From assembly GCA_016281255.1 (NCBI GenBank), contig JAEEIG010000055.1, forward strand, positions 1 through 59,921: 59,921 nucleotides of DNA. Direction: 5' to 3'. The notes under the pieces were generated by a model. That model did not search any database and was not told where the DNA came from. It saw only the letters and a list, made by a program, of their open reading frames with translations. A program made the position numbers and the translations under genes. The stretch comes from Bacteroidales bacterium (lineage in GTDB: Bacteria > Bacteroidota > Bacteroidia > Bacteroidales > WCHB1-69). Below, in pieces: positions 16,011 through 24,800 of this stretch (within the stretch, counting starts at the first letter, position 1; each line of letters opens with the position of its first letter).

Positions 16011-18125
16011 TTATTGTTGAACAGTGATAGAGAAAGTCTTCTTCAACACACAATTTTCATTTGAGTTGAAGAGAGCAGGGATAGTGCATGTCACTGTATA
16101 GTAACCAGAGGATTCGATAGTGACAGTCTTGCCGGTTTGAGAATAACCAGTGCTTTCCCATTGGTATGTAGGTACTACATCTACACCGTACTGATTGCCA
16201 TATTTCTCGACAATCTGCTCAACTGAAGGCCAGTGAGTGCCGAACTCATTGGAACCAATATAAATACCATTTCTAACGGTAAACGCCGTAGGTCCGGTAA
16301 CAGGAGATTCAGGAGAAATAAAAAGATCGAATTGACGGAGTGTAATGGTTACACCATCTGAGTATTGGCCATAAAACTTGTCATTGCCACATTCAACATA
16401 AGGACGGACTAAGATAGTTTTACCACAGAAGTTCATCTTGATGGTATCAGAAACCGTCAATCCATCATTACTTAAAACCGCAGGAGAATTTGTGTTATGC
16501 AATGGTGTCCATTCTCCATCTCCCATTTTATATTCGAAACCGCAGTTCGCGCTCGTATTTTGATAGTAGTTGTTTGTCATCGTAGCCGTCAGAACAACAC
16601 CATGGTAGTTAATCAAATCACCGGCTGCATCAGAAGTGTGTGTGAAAGAAGCGATATCGGGACATTCACATGGTCCTTGACATTCGATTGCTGTAGCAGG
16701 TCCAAAAGTTTCGGTATCCATACATTCGGCTGTCATCTTAGGTCTCACACTAATATTGCGATTTTTATATTCCTGAGGTAATGTTGCTGTTATTTCATCC
16801 CCATTTACCGTCGCTTGAATAAGGACTGCGGAATAATTGCTATTCGGGAAAGTTAACTCATACCATGCTTGAATGTTATTAGCATTGCCGTTATTAGTAA
16901 AGGGTGTTTTTAATTCATCGTTAGTAGCAGTGTAGGTGGTTGCGCCGATCGTAGGACAAACCACAGTGCCATAATCCTTGAATTGTTCAATTTCGTTCAT
17001 CAAGGCACAGAGTTCAGTAATATCACATTGGACCTTTTGGTATTGGTTTGCAGCCATGTATTCGTCAATAAGATCATTCAGGATACCCTTGGCGGTGTCA
17101 TACGCGGCGGGATTGTTCGTCTTGGTGTAATTCTGGAGCGTGAAGACATCTTCCGCGGTCAGGTGTCTGACAACGTATTTAGCGGTTTTCGTGGCCAGTT
17201 CAGGATTCCTTTTGATATACTCGTTAACGCTGTCCACGATCATTTTGGCAATCTCATACACTTGCGCATTGTTCATAGCGGCGTTCCAGAAGCCGGAGAC
17301 ATCCTCCTTGGTGGTCTGGCCGATGTAATATTTCACGAGGTTATAGGCTTCCGTTCTGTGGTTTTTGATGTATTTCACGACGGTGTCCTTCACAAACTCC
17401 ACCACGTCCTGGCTGACAGTATCGGCGGCGTTTTCAACATCTTCGGGAGTGATCAGTCCGATGAAATAGAGGGCAAGTTCCTTGGTTCTGCCGGGGTTGC
17501 GTTTAATGGCATTGGCCACAGAGTCGCGCAGGGCGTTCATGAAGGGTACGTTACCGGTGATGGCTTCATCGACGGCAGCCACATCGTTGGTCTTGGCATT
17601 TTCGATGTACTTCACAATTCTCGGGGTCGTGATGTTTCTCTTCATGAAAGTTTTGTAAGCGAAAGGCACGGGAAGGATCTCCATGGTGTCCATGATTCCG
17701 TATTCGGGGATGGCCAGGACGACCTTGGCGTCTTGCCATTCGATCTCGTTGAACCATTTGAGATTCACCGTTGCGTTAACCGTATTAGGGATTTGGTAGC
17801 CGTCCGGCAGCGCCACCGGTTCGTAGTCGCTCAGTGTCAGGGAAAGCATACCGTTCATGTTGGTGGTAACCTGCGGGGCAATCATGCCGTTTCCGGTACC
17901 ATGTTCGGTAAAGGCCCACACCTTGGCGACATTGCCAGTAGCTTCGACAACAGCCACATAGACATTCATGGACTGGTTGTACACCAAGTCATTGGGTGCA
18001 AATGCGCCCACAGAATCCGTTGTCTGGTTTCGAACTATCATCTGATAGCTGAGGCTTGGCGCTTGGGCCAACAACGTGCTCACTGTCACCAGGAGCATCG
18101 TGAAAAGGGTTAAAATCTTTTTCAT
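16011..18125 (-). CDS. secreted hypothetical protein, paralog of 12795..14159
   Basis: Signal peptide MKKILTLFTMLLVTVSTLLAQ (the first 18 nt are identical to the 14159 gene). N-terminal module LSYQMIVRNQ. Three helical repeats (LALYFIGLITPEDV / VKYYIGQTTKEDVSGFWNAA / AKYVVRHLTAEDV). C-terminal Cys-rich beta modules (VVCPTIG...) ending ...CVLKKTFSITVQQ. Confidence 0.88.
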   Translation of the reverse strand: MKKILTLFTMLLVTVSTLLAQAPSLSYQMIVRNQTTDSVGAFAPNDLVYNQSMNVYVAVVEATGNVAKVWAFTEHGTGNGMIAPQVTTNMNGMLSLTLSDYEPVALPDGYQIPNTVNATVNLKWFNEIEWQDAKVVLAIPEYGIMDTMEILPVPFAYKTFMKRNITTPRIVKYIENAKTNDVAAVDEAITGNVPFMNALRDSVANAIKRNPGRTKELALYFIGLITPEDVENAADTVSQDVVEFVKDTVVKYIKNHRTEAYNLVKYYIGQTTKEDVSGFWNAAMNNAQVYEIAKMIVDSVNEYIKRNPELATKTAKYVVRHLTAEDVFTLQNYTKTNNPAAYDTAKGILNDLIDEYMAANQYQKVQCDITELCALMNEIEQFKDYGTVVCPTIGATTYTATNDELKTPFTNNGNANNIQAWYELTFPNSNYSAVLIQATVNGDEITATLPQEYKNRNISVRPKMTAECMDTETFGPATAIECQGPCECPDIASFTHTSDAAGDLINYHGVVLTATMTNNYYQNTSANCGFEYKMGDGEWTPLHNTNSPAVLSNDGLTVSDTIKMNFCGKTILVRPYVECGNDKFYGQYSDGVTITLRQFDLFISPESPVTGPTAFTVRNGIYIGSNEFGTHWPSVEQIVEKYGNQYGVDVVPTYQWESTGYSQTGKTVTIESSGYYTVTCTIPALFNSNENCVLKKTFSITVQQ

Positions 18126-18349
18126 TGTACTTATTTTTTTGTTATTACTATTATTTCGTCGTTAATTTGATTTGCTATTATATATATACTATATTAACTC
18201 AACTGCGATTCTTGTCCTCCGGCATCCAAATAGCACAAAACGCACGGAAAAATGCAAACCCCGAAACGGGCTTGTCCATGCGTAACCAACTGCTATTTAG
18301 ACACTTACTAAATATCATTCTACACTATTTTACACTATAATTCAAGTCG

Positions 18350-18357
18350 CAAATATA
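18350..18357 (-). promoter_or_regulatory. candidate -7 promoter box TATATTTG for the surface-protein operon
   Basis: The plus strand reads caaatata, a perfect TAnnTTTG on the minus strand. It would give a leader of roughly 220 nt to ATG 18125. Confidence 0.4.
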
Positions 18358-18375
18358 TAAAAAATATAAATAGAT

Positions 18376-18418
18376 ATCAACGGTGTTGATTTTTTTGATT
18401 TTTTTCTGATTTTTTTCG
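18376..18418 (+). repeat. hairpin ATCAAC-GGT-GTTGAT followed by three TGATTTTTT(TC) decamer repeats
   Basis: Read directly. It looks like a plus-strand intrinsic terminator, but there is no plus-strand gene upstream. Confidence 0.6.
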
Positions 18419-18421
18419 GTC

Positions 18422-18512
18422 ATACCCCTACCCCGGCCTATCGGCCACCCCTTCCCGGAGAAGGGAGGGGAATTCCCCTTCTTTTAGAAGGGGTGCCCGA
18501 AGGGCGGGGTAG
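18422..18512. repeat. ~90-bp imperfect palindromic element (REP/BIME-like)
   Basis: The left arm CTACCCCGGCCTATCGGCCACCCCTTC pairs imperfectly with the right arm GAAGGGGTGCCCGAAGGGCGGGGTAG. There are internal hairpins such as CCCCTTC-TTTTA-GAAGGGG. The first 34 nt recur identically at 18611..18644. Confidence 0.8.
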
Positions 18513-18549
18513 TAATATAAAAAGATTGGCCGACAGGCCATCCTTTTTA

Positions 18550-18589
18550 GATGATAAGATGATGAGATAATGAGATGATGAGATGATGA
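18550..18589. repeat. octamer tandem array (GATRATRA) x5
   Basis: Units read: gatgataa gatgatga gataatga gatgatga gatgatga. Two mutually inverted small hairpins flank it: ATTGGCC-GACA-GGCCAT (18525..18541) and ATGGCC-TTAC-GGCCAAT (18589..18605). Confidence 0.9.
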
Positions 18590-18610
18590 TGGCCTTACGG
18601 CCAATTGTCT

Positions 18611-18644
18611 ATACCCCTACCCCGGCCTATCGGCCACCCCTTCC
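18611..18644. repeat. second copy (left arm only) of the 18422 element
   Basis: ATACCCCTACCCCGGCCTATCGGCCACCCCTTCC matches 18422..18455 at 34 of 34 positions. Confidence 0.9.
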
Positions 18645-18751
18645 CCAAGGAAGGGGAATTGGGCTTCGACCGAAGCAATCCACCACAACCGAAACATTCT
18701 TTCCCCAACCGAATCACTCCGTGCCAACACGAAGTAACCAACAGCCGAAGG

Positions 18752-21247
18752 CTAAACAACAGCGAAGCTGATCAGCCGCACCGCGAAGGCGGCGAGCCAG
18801 GCGACGGCCGTGGTATAGAAGATGACGAAGAGCATCCATTTGCGGCCGGCCTCGCGACGGATGGCGGTGACCGCCGCCACGCACGGGAAATAGAGCAGGA
18901 TGAAGACCATGAACCCGTAGGCCACCCACGGGGTGAAGACCGGCTTGCCGATGTCGGGACCCGACGACCATGTGTGTGTGCGCAAACTCCGCTGCAACGC
19001 CGAGCTGTGCTCGTCGGCCTCCGCGTCGCTGTGGTAGAGCACCCCCATCGAGGCCACCACGATCTCCTTCGCCGCGAAACCGGTGATGATGGAGACCCCC
19101 ATCTGCCAGTCGAAGCCCAGCGGGCGGAAGACCGGCGCGATGAACTTGCCGAACCGTCCGAGGTAGGAGTTCTCGATCTGGCAGGCGGATCGGTCGAGCT
19201 CCAGCTGCGCGATCCGGGCGTCCCTGTCGGCCTCGCTCAAACCGGCATCCGCCTCCACTTGCTCGATCCGGGCGGTGTAGCCGTCGATTTGCGGACTGTG
19301 CTGCGGGAAATACTCCAGCGCCCAGATGATGACCGTGGCCACCAGAATCACCGTGCCCATCTTCTTGAGATACTGCACGCTCTTGTCCCACATGTGGACC
19401 ATGGCGTTGCGGAAGGTGGGGATGCGGTAGGGCGGCAGCTCCATCACGAACTGGTCGCGCTCGTTCTGGAAAGCGGCCTTCTTGACGATCAGCGAGGTGA
19501 CGATCGACATGACAATGCCGAGCAGGTATATGGAGGTGAGCACCAGTCCCTGGTGCTTCACGAAAAAGGCGGAGATGATGAGCGTGTAGAGCGGCAGCCG
19601 CGCCGAACACGACATGAACGGGATGGTGATGATGGTGAGGATGCGGTCCTTGCGGTTCTCCAGGGTGCGGGTGGCCATCACGGCGGGCACGCTGCAGCCG
19701 AAACCGATGATGTAGGGGATGAACGACTTGCCGTGCAACCCCATCCGGTGCATCAGCTTGTCCATGATGAAGGCGGCGCGCGCCATATAGCCGGTGTCCT
19801 CCAGAATGGAAATGAAGAAGAAGAGGATCAGGATGTTAGGCAGAAATGAACAAACGCCCCCTACCCCGGCGATGATGCCGTCAACCAGCAGGTTCTTGAG
19901 GATGCCGTCGGGCAGCACACGGGTGACGACATCGCCGAGCCAGCCGAAGAAGCTCTCCAGCCACGCCTGCGGATAGGCACCCAACGTGAAGGTCATCTGG
20001 AACATGAACCAGAGGAAGAAGACCAAAATGGGGAACCCCAGCCATCTGTTGGTCAGTATTTTATCAACAGAATAGGCCGGCTGCTTGCTCTTGTCCCGGC
20101 CTTGGGTGTAGGTTTCGAGGAGGGCGCCGCGCACGAAGCCGTACTTCGCGCCGGAAACGATGGTGGCGGCATCCTCGTTGTAGCGTTTCTCGATGATCGC
20201 CCGCTGCTCGCCGGCCACTTTGGCGACGCTGCCGTCATCGTCGAATTTGCCCACCAACTCGGTAATCACCTTGTCGCCGGCCAGCATCTCGATGGCTAAA
20301 TAGCGGGTGGAATAAGCCCCCGAAAGGTCCAGGTGTTCCCTCATCTCCTCCTTGATGATGTCGATGGATTTCTCCAGATCCACGCCATAGTTGATATGCA
20401 CATGCTTGGTGTGCTCCTCGAGGTTCTCGTAGAGGTCCACGATACGGGCCATCACCTCGTCGATGCCGGTGCCGCGCGAGGAGACCGTGGGGACGATGGG
20501 GAAGCCGAAGAGTTCGCTGAGGGTGGCGATGTCGAGGGTGTCGCCGTTGCGTTCCAGTTCGTCGTACATGTTGAGGGCCATCACCATGGGCACGTTCATG
20601 TCGATGAGCTGGGTGGTGAGGAAGAGGTTGCGTTCCAGGTTGGAGGCATCGGCAATGTTGAGCACGATGTCGGGACGCTCGTCCATGATATACTGGCGCA
20701 CATAGAGCTCCTCGGGCGTGTATTCGGTGAGCGAATAGGTGCCGGGAAGGTCGGCGATCTCGATGGTGTAGTCGCGGAAAGGGTGATAGCCCACCTTGGC
20801 ATCCACGGTGACGCCGCTGTAGTTGCCCACCTTCTCCCTCATGCCGGTGACGTGGTTGAAGAAGGAGGTCTTGCCGCAGTTGGGGTTGCCCACGAGGGCG
20901 ACGCGGATGCGCTTGCCGGCCTTGCCGAGGATGCGCTCGGTCTCCTCGGTGATGGTGCCGTGGAAAAGGTAGTTGTTGGCGATCTCCTCGGTGACGGGCA
21001 CCACCTCGACACGACGCGCCTCGATGCGGCGCAGCGAGACGTGACCGCCCATGATTTCGTATTCGATGGGGTCGCGCAATGGGGCATTCCGGATCACCTT
21101 CACCTTCTCGCCTCGCACGAAGCCCATCTCCATCAACCGGTGACGGAAACTGCCGTGACCCGTAATTCTCACAATCACACCATATTCGCCGGTCGGAACG
21201 TCGGCGAGAGTCAACACTTGTTTGCTACTGTCTTCCTTGTTTATCAT
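18752..21247 (-). CDS. feoB: ferrous iron transporter FeoB with N-terminal FeoA domain fusion
   Basis: FeoA-like SH3 domain (LADVPTGEYGVIVRITGHGSFRHRLMEMGFVRGEKVKVIRNAP), then the G domain (IRVALVGNPNCGKTSFFN, DLPGTYSL) and a polytopic permease. Confidence 0.95.
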   Translation of the reverse strand: MINKEDSSKQVLTLADVPTGEYGVIVRITGHGSFRHRLMEMGFVRGEKVKVIRNAPLRDPIEYEIMGGHVSLRRIEARRVEVVPVTEEIANNYLFHGTITEETERILGKAGKRIRVALVGNPNCGKTSFFNHVTGMREKVGNYSGVTVDAKVGYHPFRDYTIEIADLPGTYSLTEYTPEELYVRQYIMDERPDIVLNIADASNLERNLFLTTQLIDMNVPMVMALNMYDELERNGDTLDIATLSELFGFPIVPTVSSRGTGIDEVMARIVDLYENLEEHTKHVHINYGVDLEKSIDIIKEEMREHLDLSGAYSTRYLAIEMLAGDKVITELVGKFDDDGSVAKVAGEQRAIIEKRYNEDAATIVSGAKYGFVRGALLETYTQGRDKSKQPAYSVDKILTNRWLGFPILVFFLWFMFQMTFTLGAYPQAWLESFFGWLGDVVTRVLPDGILKNLLVDGIIAGVGGVCSFLPNILILFFFISILEDTGYMARAAFIMDKLMHRMGLHGKSFIPYIIGFGCSVPAVMATRTLENRKDRILTIITIPFMSCSARLPLYTLIISAFFVKHQGLVLTSIYLLGIVMSIVTSLIVKKAAFQNERDQFVMELPPYRIPTFRNAMVHMWDKSVQYLKKMGTVILVATVIIWALEYFPQHSPQIDGYTARIEQVEADAGLSEADRDARIAQLELDRSACQIENSYLGRFGKFIAPVFRPLGFDWQMGVSIITGFAAKEIVVASMGVLYHSDAEADEHSSALQRSLRTHTWSSGPDIGKPVFTPWVAYGFMVFILLYFPCVAAVTAIRREAGRKWMLFVIFYTTAVAWLAAFAVRLISFAVV

Positions 21248-21267
21248 TCTTCGGCTGATTTACGGTT

Positions 21268-21300
21268 GATTTAAGACGTAAGACTTGAGACTTTAGACTC
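21268..21300. repeat. heptamer array (GAYKTRA) x4.7, left arm of composite element E2
   Basis: Units read: gatttaa gacgtaa gacttga gacttta gactc. The 16-mer TTAAGACGTAAGACTT is identical to that in the 210..235 array. Confidence 0.9.
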
Positions 21301-21381
21301 TTGGGGTTTTTCGTTAGTTTGTATACTTATTATCAAATGTTATCTTGATATTCTTATTTCTTTCTTTTTTTACCTACTTCT

Positions 21382-21437
21382 CCTAAGTCTCACGTCTCAA
21401 GTCCCAAGTCCCAAGTCTCAAGTCTCAAGTCTCAAGT
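21382..21437. repeat. heptamer array (CYYAMGT) x8, right arm of composite element E2
   Basis: Units read: cctaagt ctcacgt ctcaagt cccaagt cccaagt ctcaagt ctcaagt ctcaagt. Confidence 0.95.
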
Positions 21438-21479
21438 CTAATTCAACGTGCAAAAGTGCATTTTTCCGAAAAACAGGGC

Positions 21480-21501
21480 ATCCCCAAAAATGGGGATTTT
21501 T
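21480..21501. terminator. hairpin ATCCCCA-AAAA-TGGGGAT plus T-run (canonical on the plus strand)
   Basis: 7-bp stem followed by TTTTT on the plus strand. On the minus strand it lies 22 nt downstream of the 21523 stop, but the T-run there is displaced (GCCCTGTTTTT). Confidence 0.55.
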
Positions 21502-21522
21502 ACAGGACGGTGACGGTGCCGG

Positions 21523-21798
21523 TCAGACGGTGCGGGCCGTTTCCCCTGTGCTCCACCTATAATCCGGCATGGAGGTCTCCACCGTCAGCTCCATCGTCTG
21601 GTCTTCGCAGAAATCGTGGGTCAACGGAAGAATCTGCACCTCGGTGCCGATGACAGAAAGATGCATAAGCACCGTACTGTCCGCCCCGCAGAAAGTGTTC
21701 AAGCCCGCCTGATAATCGTTCGCCTCCGTCACCCAGACGCCATTCCACACAATATGACTGACCATTTTTACATTACCGACCATCATGGTAAGCACCAT
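21523..21798 (-). pseudogene. possible remnant of a large repeat-containing surface protein (91-aa ORF)
   Basis: ...WNGVWVTEANDYQAGLNTFCGADSTVLMHLSVIG...CEDQTMELTVETSMPDYRWSTGETA resembles about 1.5 units of the Y.W.NG...GCDS.V.L.LTV...Y.WSTGET repeats of Bacteroidota adhesins. It has no signal peptide and no CTD. Confidence 0.35.
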
Positions 21799-21861
21799 CT
21801 AAAATGTAAACAAATAGCCCTAAAGCAAAAAAAATCGTATTTTCGCGGCTTAAATTTTAAT

Positions 21862-24800
21862 ATGAATAACAATATATTAAAGATAGGTATCGACATCGGC
21901 TCCACCACCGTGAAAGTAGTGGTACTCAACGAAGAAAACACCATTCTTCACGCCGACTACCGGCGACACAACATGAACGTGCGCGAGACGGTGCTGACCA
22001 TGTTAGGGGGCGACGCTTCCAGCGTCGCATTGTTTTCCGACGCTGGAAGCGGCGGCTCCTGCCGCGTGGCCATCACCGGCAGCGTGGGCATGGGCTACGC
22101 CGAGCTCTGGGGATTCCCCTTCGTGCAGGAGGTGATCTCCGCCGCCACGCTCGTCAAGGAGTCCTTCCCGCAGACCCGCACCTTCATCGACATCGGCGGC
22201 GAGGACAGCAAGATGATCTTCTTCGACGAGGGCCGGATGCCCGACATCCGCATGAACGGGAACTGTGCCGGCGGCACCGGCGCTTTCATCGACCAAACCG
22301 CCAGTCTGCTGAACGTGGAGACGAGCGAGCTCAACACCCTCGCCGAACAGGCGCAGCGCGTCTATCCCATCGCCTCCCGCTGCGGGGTTTTCTCCAAGAC
22401 TGATATCCAGAACCTGTTGGCCCGCAACGTGAGCAAGGCCGATGTGGCCCTCTCCGTCTTCCACGCCGTCTGCCTGCAGGTGCTCGGCACCCTCTCGCGC
22501 GGCGTCGATGTGCAGGCGCCCGTCTTCTTCTGCGGCGGTCCCTTCGCCTTCCTGCCCAAACTGCGGGAGGTGTTCCTCGGAAACCTGCATCTCACAGAAG
22601 GCGACTGCATTGCCGTGCCCGACGCCCGTGTGGTGCCCGCCCACGGCGCCGCCCTCATGGCCGCCACCGCCTGTTCCGAGCCGATACCCCTCCCCCACTT
22701 CTTAGAGACGATCCGGAACCAGGCCATAGGCGACGAAGCCCGTCTTCTCGCCAACCGTCTGGCCCCCCTGTTCTCGGACAGACAGCACTTCGAGAAATGG
22801 AAAGCCGAGAAGCAGAACTTTTTTGTGGATCGTGTGGAGTGGGACAACCTCAAGAGCAACGAAGTTTTCATCGGCGTGGACTCCGGCTCCACCACGACGA
22901 AACTGGTGGTGTTGGATGCCGAAGGGCGGCTGCTCTTCTCCGACTACAGTTCCAACAACGGCAACAGCTTCGAGGCGTTCCACAACGCCCTCAAACGGTT
23001 CGCGCAGGCGTGCAAAGAGCACGACTTCGAGCCCAATATCCTCAACAGCGCGGTCACCGGATACGGTGAAAATTTGTTAAAAACGGCCTTCGGGCTGCAT
23101 CACGGCGTGGTGGAGACGATGGCGCACTATCTGGGGGCCCGTCGCGTCTCCCCGGAAGTCTCCTTCATCTTGGACATCGGCGGTCAGGACATGAAGGCCA
23201 TCTTTGTGGAGAACCAGGCGATCAGAAGGCTCGAAATCAACGAAGCCTGCTCCTCGGGCTGCGGCTCCTTCATCGAGACCTTCGCCCGGATGATGGGTTA
23301 CACGGTGTCTGACTTCGCCAGCATCGCCTGCGAGGCGAAACATCCCTACGACCTGGGCACCCGCTGCACCGTCTTCATGAACTCCAAAGTGAAACAGGCC
23401 ATGCGCGAAGGCACCTCTCCCGAGGACATCTCGGCAGGGTTCGCCTATTCCGTCATCAAGAACTGCCTGTTTAAAGTGTTAAAATTACGAAAAACCGAGG
23501 AGCTCGGCGACCATCTCGTGGTGCAAGGCGGCACCTTCAAGAACCTCGCGGTGGTGCGTGCCTTGGAGCTGCTCACCGGCAAGGATGTGCGTTTCGCCGA
23601 CATTCCCGAGCTGATGGGAGCCTACGGCTGCGCCCTCTTCGCCCGCGAGCAGGCGGTCACCAAGGTGCTGACCTTGGAGGACCTGCTCTCCATCCGGCAA
23701 TTCGAGAACAAACAGCAGATATGCCCCGGCTGTCCCAACCACTGCACCGTCCTGGAGTACCATTTCTCCAACGGGCAGATCTTCTACTCCGGCAACAACT
23801 GCGAAAAAATATACACCAACCACACGGAAGTGAGGGAAAAGGGGTTCAACCAGCACCACCGGCGTCTGAAGATGCTTTTCCGCCGTCCGATGCTGAACGA
23901 CGCGGGCGGCAAGCCGGTCATCGGCATCCCTCGCGCCCTCGGCATGTTCGAGCTCTACCCCTTCTGGCACGCGCTCTTCCGCGCCTGCGGCATCCGCACG
24001 GTGATGTCCGGCCCCTCCACCGTGAAACAGTACGAAAAGGGCGTCCACACCGTGATGTCCGAGAACATCTGCTTCCCCGCCAAACTGATGCACGGGCACA
24101 TCTACGACCTGGCCCGCCAGAAGGTCGATCGCATCTTCTACCCCTTCATCGTCATGGAGGCCCCCGCCGACAGCCAGGCCCGCAACAGCTACAACTGCCC
24201 CATCGTGGCTGGATACTCCGAGGTGGTGCGCAACGCCATCGACACGGAGGAGCGTTTCGGCATCCCCACCGACGCACCCATCATCTCCATGAACAACGAG
24301 AAGTTCCTGCGCGAAGGATGCCGCAAATATCTGAAAACATTAGGCATAGACAAAAAAACGGCGGACATGGCGATTCAAAAAGCCATTGTCGCCCAACAGG
24401 AATATCTGGAAGAGCTCCACACCGAAGCATTGGAAATCGTGGAGAAAGCCCGCAAGGAGAACCGCATGGTGGTGGTGCTTGCGGGCCGACCCTACCACTC
24501 CGACCCCCTCATCCAGCACAAAATCTCCGACTGCATCGCCGACATGGGCATCGATGTGGTGACGGAGTTCATCGCCGGCGACGAGGACGTCAGCGTCTAT
24601 CGCGAACTGATGGCGGTGACCCAGTGGACCTACCCGAACCGCATCTTCAAGGCGGCGCACTACGTGGCCAACAGTCCCGACAACGTGCATTTCATGATGG
24701 TCACCTCCTTCGGCTGCGGCCCTGATGCGTTCATCATCGACGAAACCCACGACATCCTCGACCGCAAAGGCAAGAGTTTCACGCTGCTGAAGGTGGATGA

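Noticed and set aside
13035-18113. 1.1-kb antisense ORFs (13035..14138 + and 16983..18113 +) inside the two AT-richer paralogous surface-protein genes. I considered them as possible overlapping genes because both paralogs have one.
   Set aside because: Both arise in the frame directly opposite the sense codons, so they are conserved for trivial reasons. There is no start context or promoter box, and the translations look like mirror-image noise (I/L/F/G/D/H-rich).
18583-18771. Small ORFs across the REP/palindrome region (18583..18771 +, and the start of 18605..19849 +) encoding PTPAYRPPLPQGRG-like peptides. The same applies to MSVVGTFHETSLQGG (the tail of 3285..3698) and MRYAPA... (3684..3980, 43573..43755).
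   Set aside because: These are translations of palindromic REP-like elements. The same peptides appear wherever the palindromes occur, on either strand.
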